Below, one piece after another: positions 60,596 to 64,000 of a stretch of DNA of 64,000 bases. The position numbers and the translations under genes are program-made. The stretch lies in assembly GCF_009914755.1 (NCBI RefSeq), contig NC_060942.1, one strand, 5' to 3'. This stretch comes from the human T2T-CHM13v2.0 reference genome, Homo sapiens. The notes under the pieces are model-generated. The model had not been told where the DNA came from and ran no database searches. It was given only the letters and a program-made list of their open reading frames with translations. The number at the start of each line of letters is the position of its first letter. Position 1 is the first letter of the stretch.

Positions 60596-60997
60596 CTGAT
60601 AACTAAGCTGCTACTGTATAACAAATACCTGTTGAGGAATATGTGTCCCACACACTGCCCATTTATTTTGATTTGGAATAGTGAATTCTTTATGTCACAA
60701 AAGCCTTCATATTATAGAGGTTTCTAGGTGAAAACATATTTTTTAAAGTGCCTATCATTGATGGTAAGATTGGAGACCCTTTTTAGATACCCTTAAATCA
60801 GATCTGATAAAATTTGACTATCCATATGTTTTTTATCCAGTAACAGAGGATCAGTAACAAGTTTATAATTTGCTGGAATTTCTTGAACAGCAAACAAAAG
60901 ACAGTTTGAGTCCTGGGTTAGTTTATATTTATATTTTAACCATTGATAACTCATTTTACTTCTCTGAAAATGCAAAATAAAGAAATACACTATTTTA

Positions 60998-61110
60998 CTA
61001 GTTCTCAGACATAACTGCATATCAAAATCACCTCCCAAACTGTTCAGATCAAGGGGTTCTGTCCCTCTAATCAGATCTATGAAAACAGAATTTCTGTAAG
61101 TGGAACCAAC
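60998..61110. mobile_element. MER5-type fragment
   Basis: 'gttctcagac...ctgcatatcaaaatcacct...aaacagaatttctg'. Confidence 0.55.
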
Positions 61111-63301
61111 AAATTGGATCATAGGATGTTTATGCCAGATGTAGAACCCCTGTACCTCTAAAAGCCTTGCAGGTCATGAAGTTATAATGGTAAACTGGCA
61201 GTAAGGATGTGGATGCAACACATTTATAGGAATGGATTGTCAATAATTTACCCATTTCCTGGCTCATATTTGTTTCTTTGCATATATACTTCTGGTATAT
61301 ATGCTGTGACCTCTTACTGTATTTCATATTCTAGTATTTCCCCCATTATATAATCAATGCTGCTATAAATAATTATTAACCACTTTTAAATTAAAAAATT
61401 ATATATGTCAGTATTTCTAAAATCTTATGCATAAAATATTTTGAGAAATTGTGACAAATCTTTACTAAAACCAAGATTTTCTAAGGCTGAGACAGTCACT
61501 TTATCAACAGCTTGGTAATTATATGAATAAAAGAACACTAGTTTAGATAAATTTGTTAGTATACTCTGGTTATTTCTTATTTTCTTTCTTTCTTTATTTT
61601 TGGAATGTTCAGTACTCTAATCATTCTAATGATTTTTTAAAAATTATTAAAATTCTGAAAATATGTATTAATGTTCCCTTAGGTCCTATGATATAATTTT
61701 TATAATTCATTATAATAACAAAGACATAAATTACTGTAAAATTCTCATATATATCTCACATAAATTTTCACACATATTGAGTTTAATTTTTTAACAATAT
61801 GTAGACAATTTTTTTTGTTATTTTATGAAAAGTAACTGAATCTTAGAAGACATTATAGACAATCAGTTATGGAGATAAACTCAAAGATAGGTAGGTATCC
61901 ATGTTCAATATCACATGCATTTTCATAATTATAAGTTATAATTTTAGAATAAAAATATATAGGTGAAATGACAATTATTCTACCTGGTTGTTAACTGTTT
62001 CCTTAGAGAGTTGAATCCTATCTGCTTAAATGTTCTCTTTGGAAATCTTTTGGACTTTTTCCATCAGAATGCAAGAATTGCTTTTCTTTTTTTTAAATAT
62101 GGGAAATCTTGGGTTTACATTTTTATTTTTATATGGTTATCAAGAAATATAAGGAAAAAGACAGGCGCTATTGCATTTTATTATCTCATTGGCTAAAATG
62201 TCTGACACGTCTTACAAATTGCCTGAAATTCTTGCCATCTGCTGCTGCAAACTTCATCTAAATATAAGTTACAGTAAATATATTTCTTGAAAAAAAATTT
62301 TAACAACATAGACTTTGGTTATTTTATTGTTGTTTAATGACTTTTCTGCCATTTAAGTTTTCTGGCTTCCAAAGAGATGTCTAATGACATCAAGAATGAT
62401 TTCTGTGGAAGTGACTATGAAATTCAAGTTTCCATTCTTCTGAAAATATGATTTAGTGGAGATATTCAAGTGTCTGCCATTCTAAGGTGACTGAATTTGG
62501 ATGTGGAATATTAAGATAAGTTATAATAGTTCATTGGCTCATCAAACAGAAAAATAAACTTGCCCTGTTCCATTTGTGGTTTATGGTTAGCCTTGGCTTG
62601 ATCTTTCAATTTTTCATTTACTCCTTCAATGAATATATGAAGAACAGCGATATTTGGTGAAATTAAAAAGTTGGTTTATATGGTTGTTCTATACAGTAGT
62701 TTTAAGCAGAAGAATTCTGCTTTTTCCATGCAAGTCTTTGACTCCCTGTCCCTGCTAGTATGTAGTTTTTGATGTACATTACAGGAGGCTCAGGCTTCCC
62801 TGCCTTGTAACAGACCTGAAGTTTTCAGAGGGGATGTTAGAAAACACGATAACAAATAATGGGTGAACTGGATTAGTCCTGCTTCCTAAAACCTGGAATC
62901 TGCTTTGATCTGGAACACTGGGTTATTCTTGGCTTCTGTAGCTTTTGCTACACTGGCTCCTGCCCCTATTTTCTACATACCTCAAAGATTTCCACTGGAG
63001 TTGCTGCCTTGTATTGAAACACAGTGAACTTGATTCACTTCCAGACATCTGAGTTGGCTTCCTACAGGTCTTCCTCTTGTCTTAATTTAAACATAGACTT
63101 ATTACCCAGAACTCTAATTTTACCTATTTATTTAAATATTGTCCCTTGTGTTATTTTCTTCTATGAGTATGAATTACTTCCTTCATGAACTAAGGAACTC
63201 TAGATTATCATGGTGATCCTCTTTTCCCCTAGCTCTTTAAATAAGAACTGCAAGCTTGACAGCTATCTTTAATAGGAAAAAGAGTGGAAACTACATTTCT
63301 T

Positions 63302-63685
<384 letters not shown>

Positions 63686-64000
63686 TAAAATCTCAGTCTT
63701 TGGCAAGACTGAGAAATGGAAGAAGGAAGAAGACTAAAAATGGAAAAGACTAAAAATGGAAGAAGGAAGAGAAGGAGGGGGAGAGAAGAAGGCTGTTGGG
63801 GGAGGGTGGGGAAATAATTTCTGAAAATGATTATTATTTTAAAACCAAACTAAGAGTTTCATTTTCAGGAATACATAAATAAGCACCTATCAGAACAGCC
63901 TTTCCACAGGTGATAGCTATAAATTCTGGAGGCAAAGAAATACTTATTTGAAGACACTGAATGGAGATGAAAAACCAGCAGATGCTAGAAGGAAGTCAAG

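Overview
AT-rich, CpG-poor, repeat-dense primate DNA, most likely human or another hominoid, since it carries a full-length L1PA2/L1PA3-type LINE-1 plus AluS/J, THE1, MST, MLT, Tigger1 and MER elements. It looks intergenic or deep-intronic. I find no credible host protein-coding exon, tRNA, rRNA, CpG island or CRISPR array, and nearly all long ORFs in the track are transposon remnants. About 2.9-18 kb is a nested TE cluster: an old L1M interrupted by an inactive 6.08-kb L1PA with a 15-bp TSD, an L1MA with an AluS inside it, and an ERVL internal region with its MLT2 LTR interrupted by an MST LTR. Further along are a full-length Tigger1 (with an AluJ inside), an internally deleted Tigger1, a complete two-LTR THE1, a 29-bp AT-rich minisatellite, an LTR28/MER52-like solo LTR and a MER63. 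The structure not explained by TE annotation is a set of local non-tandem duplications: a 147-bp copy that preserves the empty target site of the L1PA, a 402-bp direct duplication with a 447-bp spacer, and an old ~630-bp inverted duplication ~7.4 kb apart that contains a 34-bp perfect core and preserves the empty site of an LTR. I see no evidence for a new protein-based system. Subfamily names come from recalled consensus motifs and need RepeatMasker/Dfam confirmation.
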